Notes under the pieces: model-generated
The model's database searches: none
What the model was told of the DNA's origin: nothing
Seen by the model: the letters and a program-made list of their open reading frames with translations, nothing else
Made by a program: the position numbers and the translations under genes
Source of the DNA: a virus
Taxonomy: Duplodnaviria; Heunggongvirae; Uroviricota; Caudoviricetes
Length of the DNA stretch: 5,221 nt
IMG/VR virus record: IMGVR_UViG_2724679236_000011
Coordinates: 1 to 5,221 of that record
Strand: one strand, 5' to 3'
Shown: positions 1 through 5,221 of the stretch, piece after piece
Numbering within the stretch: position 1 is the first letter of the stretch
How the letters are laid out: each line of letters starts with the position of its first letter

Positions 1-84
1 CAGAATCAGCCGGATGAAATTCCCGTTCTGGAATGGCAGGGAGTACGTGTCGTGACAACCGAAACTCTTGCTAGAGGGTATGGG
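1..84. repeat. Terminal inverted repeat, left copy (perfect reverse complement of 5138-5221)
   Basis: Positions 1-84 equal the reverse complement of 5138-5221 exactly; identity breaks at position 85 / 5137. Confidence 0.95.
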
Positions 85-780
85 GTCGATGAAGCCAATA
101 TTCGCAACAATTTGTCTCGCAACCTTGACCGCTTTGAAGAAGGTAAGCATTACTTTCTTCTAACTGGTTTAAAATTAAGAGAATTTAAGAACAGAGTAAC
201 CGGAAGTTACTCTGTTGGTAAGAACGCCAGAAGCCTTACACTCTGGACAGAGCGCGGCGCTGCACGCATGTCTAAGATCGTGGACACAAATGAAGCATGG
301 GCATTCTTTGAAAAACTGGAAGACAGCTACTTCCGGCAAAAAGAACAGCAACCGGTTGCAATCCCCCAAACATTACCAGAAGCCCTACGCCTGGCTGCCG
401 AACTGGCTGAACAAAAGCAGCTTCTGGAACAGAAAGCCCACCAGCTAAATCAGCAGCTGGTGGCCGCCGCTCCTAAGGTCGATTTTGCCGACCGGGTATC
501 AGTAGCTAAAGGGATCCTGATTGGGAATTTTGCAAAGGTTGTTGGACTTAAGCAAAATGCGCTGTTTGCCTGGTTACGGGAGAACGGCATCCTGATAGCG
601 TCCGGTGGACGTAAAAATGTGCCGTTCCAGCAGTACATCAACGCGGGGTATTTCACGGTGAAAGAAGTGGAAGATGGCTACCAGATACGGTTGACGCCTC
701 AATTAACGGGTAAAGGCCAGCAGTGGTTGACGCGTAAACTGCTCGATGCTGGCTTGTTAAAACCGGTGGCGGCTGAATAA
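1..780 (+). CDS. Antirepressor-like protein, 5'-truncated by window edge (ORF continues in frame from position 1; track start GTG at 52). N-terminal ORF6N/Rha-like region, coiled linker, C-terminal KilAC/Ant-type domain
   Basis: Long ORF open to window start; stop TAA 778-780. C-terminal motifs (FADRVSVAKGILIGNFAKVVGLKQNALFAWLRENGILIASGGRKNVPFQQYINAGYF) resemble phage antirepressor C-terminal domains as I recall them. A paralog lies inverted at 4451-5221. Confidence 0.7.
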   Translation, partial: QNQPDEIPVLEWQGVRVVTTETLARGYGVDEANIRNNLSRNLDRFEEGKHYFLLTGLKLREFKNRVTGSYSVGKNARSLTLWTERGAARMSKIVDTNEAWAFFEKLEDSYFRQKEQQPVAIPQTLPEALRLAAELAEQKQLLEQKAHQLNQQLVAAAPKVDFADRVSVAKGILIGNFAKVVGLKQNALFAWLRENGILIASGGRKNVPFQQYINAGYFTVKEVEDGYQIRLTPQLTGKGQQWLTRKLLDAGLLKPVAAE

Positions 781-787
781 TGGAAGA

Positions 788-818
788 ATGCCCGGTTGAT
801 GCCGGGCATAATTTATTG
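788..818. terminator. Bidirectional intrinsic terminator between convergent ant-like gene and c1
   Basis: Perfect 8-bp stem ATGCCCGG (788-795) / CCGGGCAT (802-809) with 6-nt loop, followed by AATTTATT on + strand and a T-rich stretch on the - strand side. Sits between stop codons at 778-780 (+) and 813-815 (-). Confidence 0.6.
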
Positions 819-1664
819 CGCGCTTTCGGGGTTGTCGTTTACTGGCTGCCCCTTCTTGGTTTTACGGCTGCGCGTAACTGATGCGGCTGACTTAACCTTT
901 TTCTCTTCGCGAGTGATGGCAATTTGTTTTTTTACATTTTCAATATCTGCCAGGCGATATATTTTTGCTTGCGGCCAGCGGTCGCAGATGATCGGTTCTA
1001 TGGAGTCATAAAGGCTAAATTTTGCTTTTTCGAATTCACCGTTGATGATAATTCCATCACGGAGAGTTTCATCGCAGATAAACACGCCACACAGTGGCAC
1101 ATGGTAACTAACTGATTTACCATCATTGTAGTTAGGGCTACTGGAAATGTAGTGGACGCGCAGCATTGTTTCGCTAAAGCCGTGTACGCGCATACGGAAT
1201 TTTTCATCCTCCGGGTACTGCTTCATTAGCTCTTTTGTTGCTTCCAGGTTCTCTATGTATTTCGCACTGTGCTCATTGATCCCCGCGCTTTTTTGGATGC
1301 GAATGTCCTTATCAATCAGATGAATAATGCGGCCAGCGGTCATGTTGACGCTGTTCACAGCCTCTGTCTGATAAGTTGTAACCTTACGCACACCGCGAAG
1401 GATGTTAGGCACTGGATATAAAATAGTCTTTGGGATATTGAGGTCTGGGTACTGTTCCAGTTCCCGCGCCATTAAAGTCCATTTATCAATTTCAGCCTGA
1501 ATGCTGTCAGTTTCTTTGAACGGTAGAACGACAACCGGGCGTACAGGACGACCGTCGCTGGCTGTATCAACGTGTTGGGCGCGTGCAACAGCTTTTTTTA
1601 GAAAGAGATCCCTGAAGCTGACGAACTCCTGGTACAGTTGTTCGCCGTAGACATAATTTATCAT
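813..1664 (-). CDS. c1: P1-type C1 repressor of lysis (283 aa)
   Basis: 283-aa ORF with strong SD (GGAGGAGG, reverse complement of 1668-1675) upstream of ATG. Length and N-terminus (MINYVYGEQLYQEF...) match my recollection of P1 C1. Sits directly downstream of a 69-aa coi-like ORF and near multiple C1-operator motifs, next to loxP/cre. Confidence 0.85.
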   Translation of the reverse strand: MINYVYGEQLYQEFVSFRDLFLKKAVARAQHVDTASDGRPVRPVVVLPFKETDSIQAEIDKWTLMARELEQYPDLNIPKTILYPVPNILRGVRKVTTYQTEAVNSVNMTAGRIIHLIDKDIRIQKSAGINEHSAKYIENLEATKELMKQYPEDEKFRMRVHGFSETMLRVHYISSSPNYNDGKSVSYHVPLCGVFICDETLRDGIIINGEFEKAKFSLYDSIEPIICDRWPQAKIYRLADIENVKKQIAITREEKKVKSAASVTRSRKTKKGQPVNDNPESAQ

Positions 1665-1728
1665 TGATCCTCCTCCAGAATTGACATGGTCAATAACGCC
1701 CGGCTGAGAAAACCGGTCATTACTGACC

Positions 1729-1774
1729 TATATTATAGAGGGATCAAACAAAAATAATAGATTTATTAGTGCAT
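1729..1774 (-). promoter_or_regulatory. c1-proximal promoter/operator region: -10 TATAAT on - strand (complement of 1733-1738) and a degenerate C1-operator-like site (complement of ~1758-1774)
   Basis: Minus-strand reading gives ...ATGCACTAATAAATCTA...TATAAT...; the operator-like site resembles ATTGCTCTAATAAATTT and overlaps the -35 position. A GATC lies in the spacer (1742-1745). Confidence 0.4.
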
Positions 1775-1984
1775 TTATTGTGAGTCCAACTGGTTAGTTG
1801 CCATGAGATATTCGATTGTGTCAGTGAGGTCATCCAGGTCGTCTTGGGTGATGCGGTACTCCTGATTGGATATCTTTGAGTAGTGTTCAGCAATGGCGCG
1901 GGCAGCGTCGGTTTCGGCAGGGTCTACAGATAAAGCGTTAGAGCAATGTCTAACGTCGTCGATGGTTGGTTGAATGAAAGCCAT
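1775..1984 (-). CDS. coi: Coi, C1 inactivator (69 aa)
   Basis: 69-aa acidic ORF immediately upstream of and co-oriented with c1, with a GAGG SD 8 nt before the ATG. Size and position match P1 coi in the immC operon. Confidence 0.75.
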   Translation of the reverse strand: MAFIQPTIDDVRHCSNALSVDPAETDAARAIAEHYSKISNQEYRITQDDLDDLTDTIEYLMATNQLDSQ

Positions 1985-2222
1985 AATTATGCCTCACTGT
2001 ATTGACAACACAGAGCCTGAAGCTCTGACCTACTGTTTCACCCATGATCCATGCTGGGGTAATCTAACAACATTGCGCTGTGTGTAAGATGAGCAATGCA
2101 TAGCTGTAATGCCGTTGTATAAGGTTTCCCTGTTTGCTCATTTCCTTCTGAGCCGCTCTACAACGCTGAAGACACATTAAATAGTGAATCCAAAGTCGTA
2201 TTACGTAACGACGGCAAAACTA

Positions 2223-2245
2223 TAATTTATTAGAGCAATTGTCAA
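2223..2245 (-). promoter_or_regulatory. C1 operator (minus orientation, ATTGCTCTAATAAATTA) abutting a consensus -35 TTGACA; promoter directed toward coi-c1
   Basis: Reverse complement of 2223-2239 is ATTGCTCTAATAAATTA (16/17 to the P1 C1 operator consensus as I recall it). Reverse complement of 2240-2245 is TTGACA; a -10-like TATAGT/TAGTTT lies 15-17 bp downstream on the - strand. The operator overlaps the promoter spacer, as expected for autorepression. Confidence 0.65.
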
Positions 2246-2305
2246 ACAACTATGAAAAACAATCCAGTTTTTAGCTGGTGGAGTGGGATTTTTCTCTCTA
2301 AATTT

Positions 2306-2322
2306 ATTGCTCTAATAATTAT
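2306..2322 (+). promoter_or_regulatory. C1 operator (plus orientation), ATTGCTCTAATAATTAT
   Basis: 13 consecutive matches to the operator consensus core. Inverted relative to the 2223-2239 operator, about 67 bp away, 44 bp upstream of loxP. Confidence 0.6.
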
Positions 2323-2365
2323 TGATTTTTGTGCACAGCTGGACGTAAACTCCTCTTCGGACCTG

Positions 2366-2399
2366 ATAACTTCGTATAGCATACATTATACGAAGTTAT
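2366..2399 (+). other. loxP: loxP recombination site (13-bp inverted arms ATAACTTCGTATA / TATACGAAGTTAT, 8-bp spacer GCATACAT)
   Basis: Exact 34-bp canonical loxP sequence read directly in the window. cre start lies 452 bp downstream, matching the P1 arrangement. Confidence 0.97.
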
Positions 2400-2588
2400 C
2401 TTAAGGGTTATTGAACATGATCAATTTACCTGTAAATCCATACAGTTCAATACCTTATTAGATTAAATAGTGAACACTTGATCATTTGATCAAGGTTGCG
2501 CTACGTAAAATCTGCGAAAAGTTGGCAGAGTTAGTGCTCCAGATTTCGCGTAGCGCGCTTAGCACCACCAATCAATCAGAGGTGAAAA
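2400..2588 (+). promoter_or_regulatory. cre upstream regulatory region with clustered GATC (Dam) sites and promoter-like elements
   Basis: GATC at 2419-2422, 2480-2483 and 2488-2491. The latter two sit in the near-palindrome TTGATCATTTGATCAA (2478-2493), which contains -35-like TTGATC hexamers, with TTGAAC at 2411-2416. Multiple cre promoters with Dam sensitivity are described for P1; exact promoter hexamers are not resolved here. Confidence 0.5.
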
Positions 2589-2810
2589 ATGGGATATTCA
2601 GCTGCTAAAGTGTCCACTCATCTTGAGCTTGAGAAAAACCGTGGTTACTGGCGGGCAAAATGCTTTGAGCGTGATAGTTACCAACTGTCATTATCTCGCG
2701 GTGAAGAGAAAATAGAACGCACACGCGGTCGCTGGCGTTTCTATGACGAGAACCATAACCAGGTAAAGGCAGAGCCGATCCTGTACACTTTACTTAAAAC
2801 CATTATCTGA
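2589..2810 (+). CDS. Hypothetical small basic protein (73 aa), immediately upstream of and probably co-transcribed with cre
   Basis: ATG preceded by strong SD AGAGGTGA (2578-2585) at 5-nt spacing. Stop TGA 2808-2810 lies 7 nt before the cre ATG (2818). No recognisable domain by eye. Confidence 0.5.
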   Translation: MGYSAAKVSTHLELEKNRGYWRAKCFERDSYQLSLSRGEEKIERTRGRWRFYDENHNQVKAEPILYTLLKTII

Positions 2811-2817
2811 GTGTTAA

Positions 2818-3849
2818 ATGTCCAATTTACTGACCGTTCACCAAAATTTGCCTGCATTGCCGGTCGATGCAACGAGTGATGAGGTTCGCAAGAACCTGAT
2901 GGATATGTTCAGGGATCGCCAGGCGTTTTCTGAGCATACCTGGAAAATGCTTCTGTCCGTTTGCCGGTCGTGGGCGGCATGGTGCAAGTTGAATAACCGG
3001 AAATGGTTTCCCGCAGAACCTGAAGATGTTCGCGATTATCTTCTATATCTTCAGGCGCGCGGTCTGGCAGTAAAAACTATCCAGCAACATTTGGGCCAGC
3101 TAAACATGCTGCATCGTCGGTCCGGGCTGCCACGACCAAGTGACAGCAATGCTGTTTCACTGGTCATGCGGCGGATCCGAAAAGAAAACGTTGATGCCGG
3201 TGAACGTGCAAAACAGGCATTGGCGTTCGAACGCACTGATTTCGACCAGGTTCGTTCACTCATGGAAAATAGCGATCGCTGCCAGGATATACGTAATCTG
3301 GCATTTCTGGGGATTGCTTATAACACCCTGTTACGTATAGCCGAAATTTCCAGGATCAGGGTTAAAGATATCTCACGTACTGACGGTGGGAGAATGTTAA
3401 TCCATATTGGCAGAACGAAAACGCTGGTTAGCACCGCTGGTGTAGAGAAGGCACTTAGCCTGGGGGTAACTAAACTGGTTGAGCGATGGATTTCTGTCTC
3501 TGGTGTGGCTGATGATCCGAATAACTACTTGTTTTGCCGGGTCAGAAAAAATGGTGTTGCCTCGCCATCATCCACCAGCCAGCTATCAACTCGCGCCCTG
3601 GAAGGGATTTTTGAAGCAACTCACCGATTGATTTACGGAGCTAAGGATGACTCTGGTCAGAGATACCTGGCCTGGTCTGGACACAGTGCCCGTGTCGGAG
3701 CCGCGCGAGATATGGCCCGCGCCGGAGTTTCAATACCGGAGATCATGCAAGCTGGTGGCTGGACCAACGTAAATATTGTCATGAACTATATCCGTAACCT
3801 GGATAGTGAAACAGGGGCAATGGTGCGCCTGCTGGAGGATGGCGATTAG
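2818..3849 (+). CDS. cre: Cre tyrosine site-specific recombinase (343 aa)
   Basis: Sequence essentially matches P1 Cre from memory (MSNLLTVHQNLPALPVDATSDEVRKNLMDMFRDRQAF...MVRLLEDGD). Catalytic-motif context is present (GHSARVG, GGWTN, MNYIRN with the tyrosine nucleophile). Adjacent to loxP. Confidence 0.97.
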   Translation: MSNLLTVHQNLPALPVDATSDEVRKNLMDMFRDRQAFSEHTWKMLLSVCRSWAAWCKLNNRKWFPAEPEDVRDYLLYLQARGLAVKTIQQHLGQLNMLHRRSGLPRPSDSNAVSLVMRRIRKENVDAGERAKQALAFERTDFDQVRSLMENSDRCQDIRNLAFLGIAYNTLLRIAEISRIRVKDISRTDGGRMLIHIGRTKTLVSTAGVEKALSLGVTKLVERWISVSGVADDPNNYLFCRVRKNGVASPSSTSQLSTRALEGIFEATHRLIYGAKDDSGQRYLAWSGHSARVGAARDMARAGVSIPEIMQAGGWTNVNIVMNYIRNLDSETGAMVRLLEDGD

Positions 3850-3866
3850 CCATTAACACGTAAATT

Positions 3867-3883
3867 ATTGCTCTAATTATTTG
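3867..3883 (+). promoter_or_regulatory. C1 operator-like site (ATTGCTCTAATTATTTG) upstream of the 103-aa ORF
   Basis: 12/17 match to the operator consensus with an intact ATTGCTCTAAT core. Located 17 bp after the cre stop and 17 bp before the next ATG. Confidence 0.55.
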
Positions 3884-3899
3884 GTATTTATGGTGACAT

Positions 3900-4211
3900 A
3901 TGAGAAAGGATTTCAACATCGACGGAAAATATGTAGTGCTGTCTGTAAGCACTAATATTCAGTCGCCAGCCGTCATTGTCACTGTAAAGCTGAGCGATAG
4001 AATGCCTGATATTGACTCAATATCCGTTGCGTTCCCTGTCAAAAGTATGCGTAGTGCTGAACATTTCGTGATGAATGCCACCGAGGAAGAAGCACGGCGC
4101 GGTTTTGCTAAAGTGATGTCTGAGTTTGGCGAATTCCTGGGGCACGTTAACAAAGCTCTCTCAATCAGTTCATCAAGGTCCAAAGCGTTAACAGCATCCA
4201 TGATGAAATAA
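3900..4211 (+). CDS. Hypothetical protein (103 aa), cre-downstream, likely C1-regulated
   Basis: ATG at 3900 with GGTGA SD 5 nt upstream and an operator-like site just upstream; stop TAA 4209-4211. It occupies the position of the cre-adjacent small gene in P1-like genomes, but I cannot confirm identity from memory. Confidence 0.55.
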   Translation: MRKDFNIDGKYVVLSVSTNIQSPAVIVTVKLSDRMPDIDSISVAFPVKSMRSAEHFVMNATEEEARRGFAKVMSEFGEFLGHVNKALSISSSRSKALTASMMK

Positions 4212-4235
4212 AAAAGCCTGGCAAGGAGCCAGGCT
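4203..4235 (-). terminator. Intrinsic terminator oriented for minus-strand transcripts
   Basis: Stem AGCCTGGC (4215-4222) / GCCAGGCT (4228-4235) with 5-nt loop. On the - strand it is followed by TTTTTTATTT (complement of 4203-4214). On the + strand there is no T-tract after the stem. Confidence 0.55.
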
Positions 4236-4341
4236 GCACAAAATAGCGAGTTTGTATCCCGCATCCAATCAATCGGAAGGGAGTATAGCACATAGGTACT
4301 GAAGTGAAAAAATGTGAATTGCGATAAATAAATCGCATGCT

Positions 4342-4365
4342 ATTGCTCTAATTAATTGCTACAAT
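4342..4365 (+). promoter_or_regulatory. C1 operator-like site (ATTGCTCTAATTAATTG) overlapping a -10-like TACAAT (4360-4365)
   Basis: Intact ATTGCTCTAAT core at 4342-4352, with TACAAT 2 bp beyond the operator. No credible ORF follows before the terminator at 4425-4448. Confidence 0.5.
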
Positions 4366-4424
4366 CAAGCCGTGGCGCTAGTCAACTACGAAGACATGGC
4401 CATTACCTGCTTCTTGAAATCATT

Positions 4425-4448
4425 GGCGGCCTAAAGGCCGCCTTTTTT
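4425..4448 (+). terminator. Rho-independent terminator (GGCGGCC-TAAA-GGCCGCC + TTTTTT)
   Basis: 7-bp GC stem (4425-4431 / 4436-4442), 4-nt loop, T6 run 4443-4448. Lies immediately 3' of the minus-strand ant-like gene stop (4451-4453), so it may act in both directions. Confidence 0.75.
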
Positions 4449-4450
4449 AA

Positions 4451-5221
4451 TCACTCAGCCGCTACAGGCTTTAATAAACTTGCATCGAGCAGTTTACGCG
4501 TCAACCACTGCTGGCCTTTCCCCGTTAGCTGGGGCGTCAACCGTATCTGGTAGCCATCTTCATCATCCAGCACCACTTCTTTCACCGTGAAATACCCGGC
4601 GTTGATGTATTGCTGGAACGGTACATTTTTACGTCCACCGGACGCTATCAGGATACCGTTCTCCCGTAACCAGGCAAACAGCGCGTTTTGCTTAAGTCCA
4701 ACAACCTTTGCAAAATTCCCAATCAGGATCCCCTTGGCCACTGATATCCGGTCGGCAAAATCGACTTTAGGGGCTGCGGCCACCAGCTGTTGTTCCAGCT
4801 GCATTTTCTGTTCAGCCAGTTCGGCAGCCAGGCGCAGGGCTTCTGGAAGCGTCTGGGGGATTGCAACCGGTTGCTGTTCTTTTTGTCGGAAGTAGCTGTC
4901 TTCCAGTTTTTCAAAGAATGCCCATGCCTGATCGGTTTCGAGCATTTTAGCGTGGCGGGCTGCGCCGCGTTCCGTCCAGAGAGTGAGGTGCTTTGCTCGC
5001 GGTGCGACTAAGTTACTTTGAGTAACCTTGTCCTTCAATTCTTTTAATTTTGAACCAGTTAGTAGAAAGTAATGTTTACCTTCCTCAAAGCGATCAGCAT
5101 TACGCGTATAGTTAACTTTGATGTTATTAGTTTCGGTCCCATACCCTCTAGCAAGAGTTTCGGTTGTCACGACACGTACTCCCTGCCATTCCAGAACGGG
5201 AATTTCATCCGGCTGATTCTG
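4451..5221 (-). CDS. Antirepressor-like protein paralog, 5'-truncated by window edge (ORF open to position 5221; track start GTG at 5170)
   Basis: Paralog of the 1-780 gene. Protein is identical over the first 11 residues, divergent over roughly residues 12-80, and near-identical thereafter apart from two in-frame indels and two substitutions. Confidence 0.7.
   Translation of the reverse strand, partial: QNQPDEIPVLEWQGVRVVTTETLARGYGTETNNIKVNYTRNADRFEEGKHYFLLTGSKLKELKDKVTQSNLVAPRAKHLTLWTERGAARHAKMLETDQAWAFFEKLEDSYFRQKEQQPVAIPQTLPEALRLAAELAEQKMQLEQQLVAAAPKVDFADRISVAKGILIGNFAKVVGLKQNALFAWLRENGILIASGGRKNVPFQQYINAGYFTVKEVVLDDEDGYQIRLTPQLTGKGQQWLTRKLLDASLLKPVAAE
5138..5221. repeat. Terminal inverted repeat, right copy
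   Basis: Reverse complement of 1-84, read directly. Confidence 0.95.

Noticed and set aside
175-656. Short ORFs 175-369(-), 215-448(+), 450-656(-) overlapping the left ant-like gene
   Set aside because: Fully embedded in or antisense to a longer, better-supported ORF. No RBS; mirrored counterparts occur in the right paralog, as expected for shadow ORFs.
796-1207. ORFs 796-1011(+), 924-1115(+), 998-1207(-) inside c1
   Set aside because: Overlap the 283-aa c1 reading frame; alternative-frame or antisense shadows without start signals.
2185-2203. Palindrome TTACGTAA (2191-2198) with partial flanking symmetry
   Set aside because: Short 8-bp palindrome in AT-rich DNA; flanking symmetry is out of register. 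Not enough to call a binding site.
2366-2399. Engineered floxed construct or cloning-vector origin
   Set aside because: Only a single loxP is present, in its native context with c1, coi and operator motifs, and Cre carries natural-looking substitutions. No vector backbone features seen.
2252-2404. 50-codon ORF on + strand reading across loxP
   Set aside because: No SD upstream (CAAACAACT-ATG). It reads through two operators and the lox site; the frame is probably fortuitous in AT-rich regulatory DNA.
3051-3340. ORFs 3051-3263(-) and 3140-3340(+) inside cre
   Set aside because: Embedded in the well-supported cre coding sequence.
3959-4291. 110-aa ORF on the minus strand antisense to the 103-aa gene
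   Set aside because: Would be transcribed through the hairpin at 4215-4235, which is a strong terminator in exactly that direction. No SD; the + strand ORF has an RBS and operator context.
4364-4397. Possible second (cryptic) lox-like site around ACTACGAAGACAT
   Set aside because: Only about 9/13 match in one arm and about 6/13 in the presumptive partner arm at the correct 8-bp spacing; not a credible Cre target. No other lox arm-like sequence found, so Cre-mediated inversion of the segment is not supported.
4356-4553. 65-aa ORF (TTG start) spanning the 4425-4448 terminator
   Set aside because: Non-ATG start without SD, runs through a strong intrinsic terminator and overlaps the ant-like gene antisense. 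The region is better explained as a noncoding transcript.
4587-5011. ORFs 4587-4895(+), 4723-4914(-), 4790-5011(+) overlapping the right ant-like gene
   Set aside because: Shadow ORFs of the long minus-strand paralog.
1-5221. CRISPR arrays, tRNA/rRNA genes, IS elements
   Set aside because: No regularly spaced direct repeats, no tRNA-like cloverleaf candidates and no transposase-like ORFs or IS-type terminal inverted repeats were seen.

Overview
This window reads as a near-complete bacteriophage P1-type immC–loxP–cre module, embedded between two inverted, mosaic antirepressor-like genes rather than in the gene context I recall for P1. Gene order is: ant-like (+, 5' end outside window) → ← c1 repressor ← coi | operator/promoter region | loxP (2366-2399, exact canonical 34 bp) → 73-aa ORF → cre → 103-aa ORF | orphan operator + terminator | ← ant-like paralog (-, 5' end outside window). 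Multiple copies of the asymmetric 17-bp C1 operator motif (ATTGCTCTAATAAATTT-like) are visible. GATC (Dam) sites cluster in the cre upstream region, and convergent genes are separated by intrinsic terminators. The first 84 bp and last 84 bp of the window are perfect reverse complements, and the two flanking genes are paralogs with a divergent N-terminal block and near-identical remainder. The most interesting points are this inverted-paralog flanking (possible invertible or exchangeable cassette), the small ORF translationally coupled to cre, and an orphan C1-operator/promoter feeding a ~60-80 nt terminated transcript. All calls are from reading the sequence and recalled family knowledge; no database search was possible.
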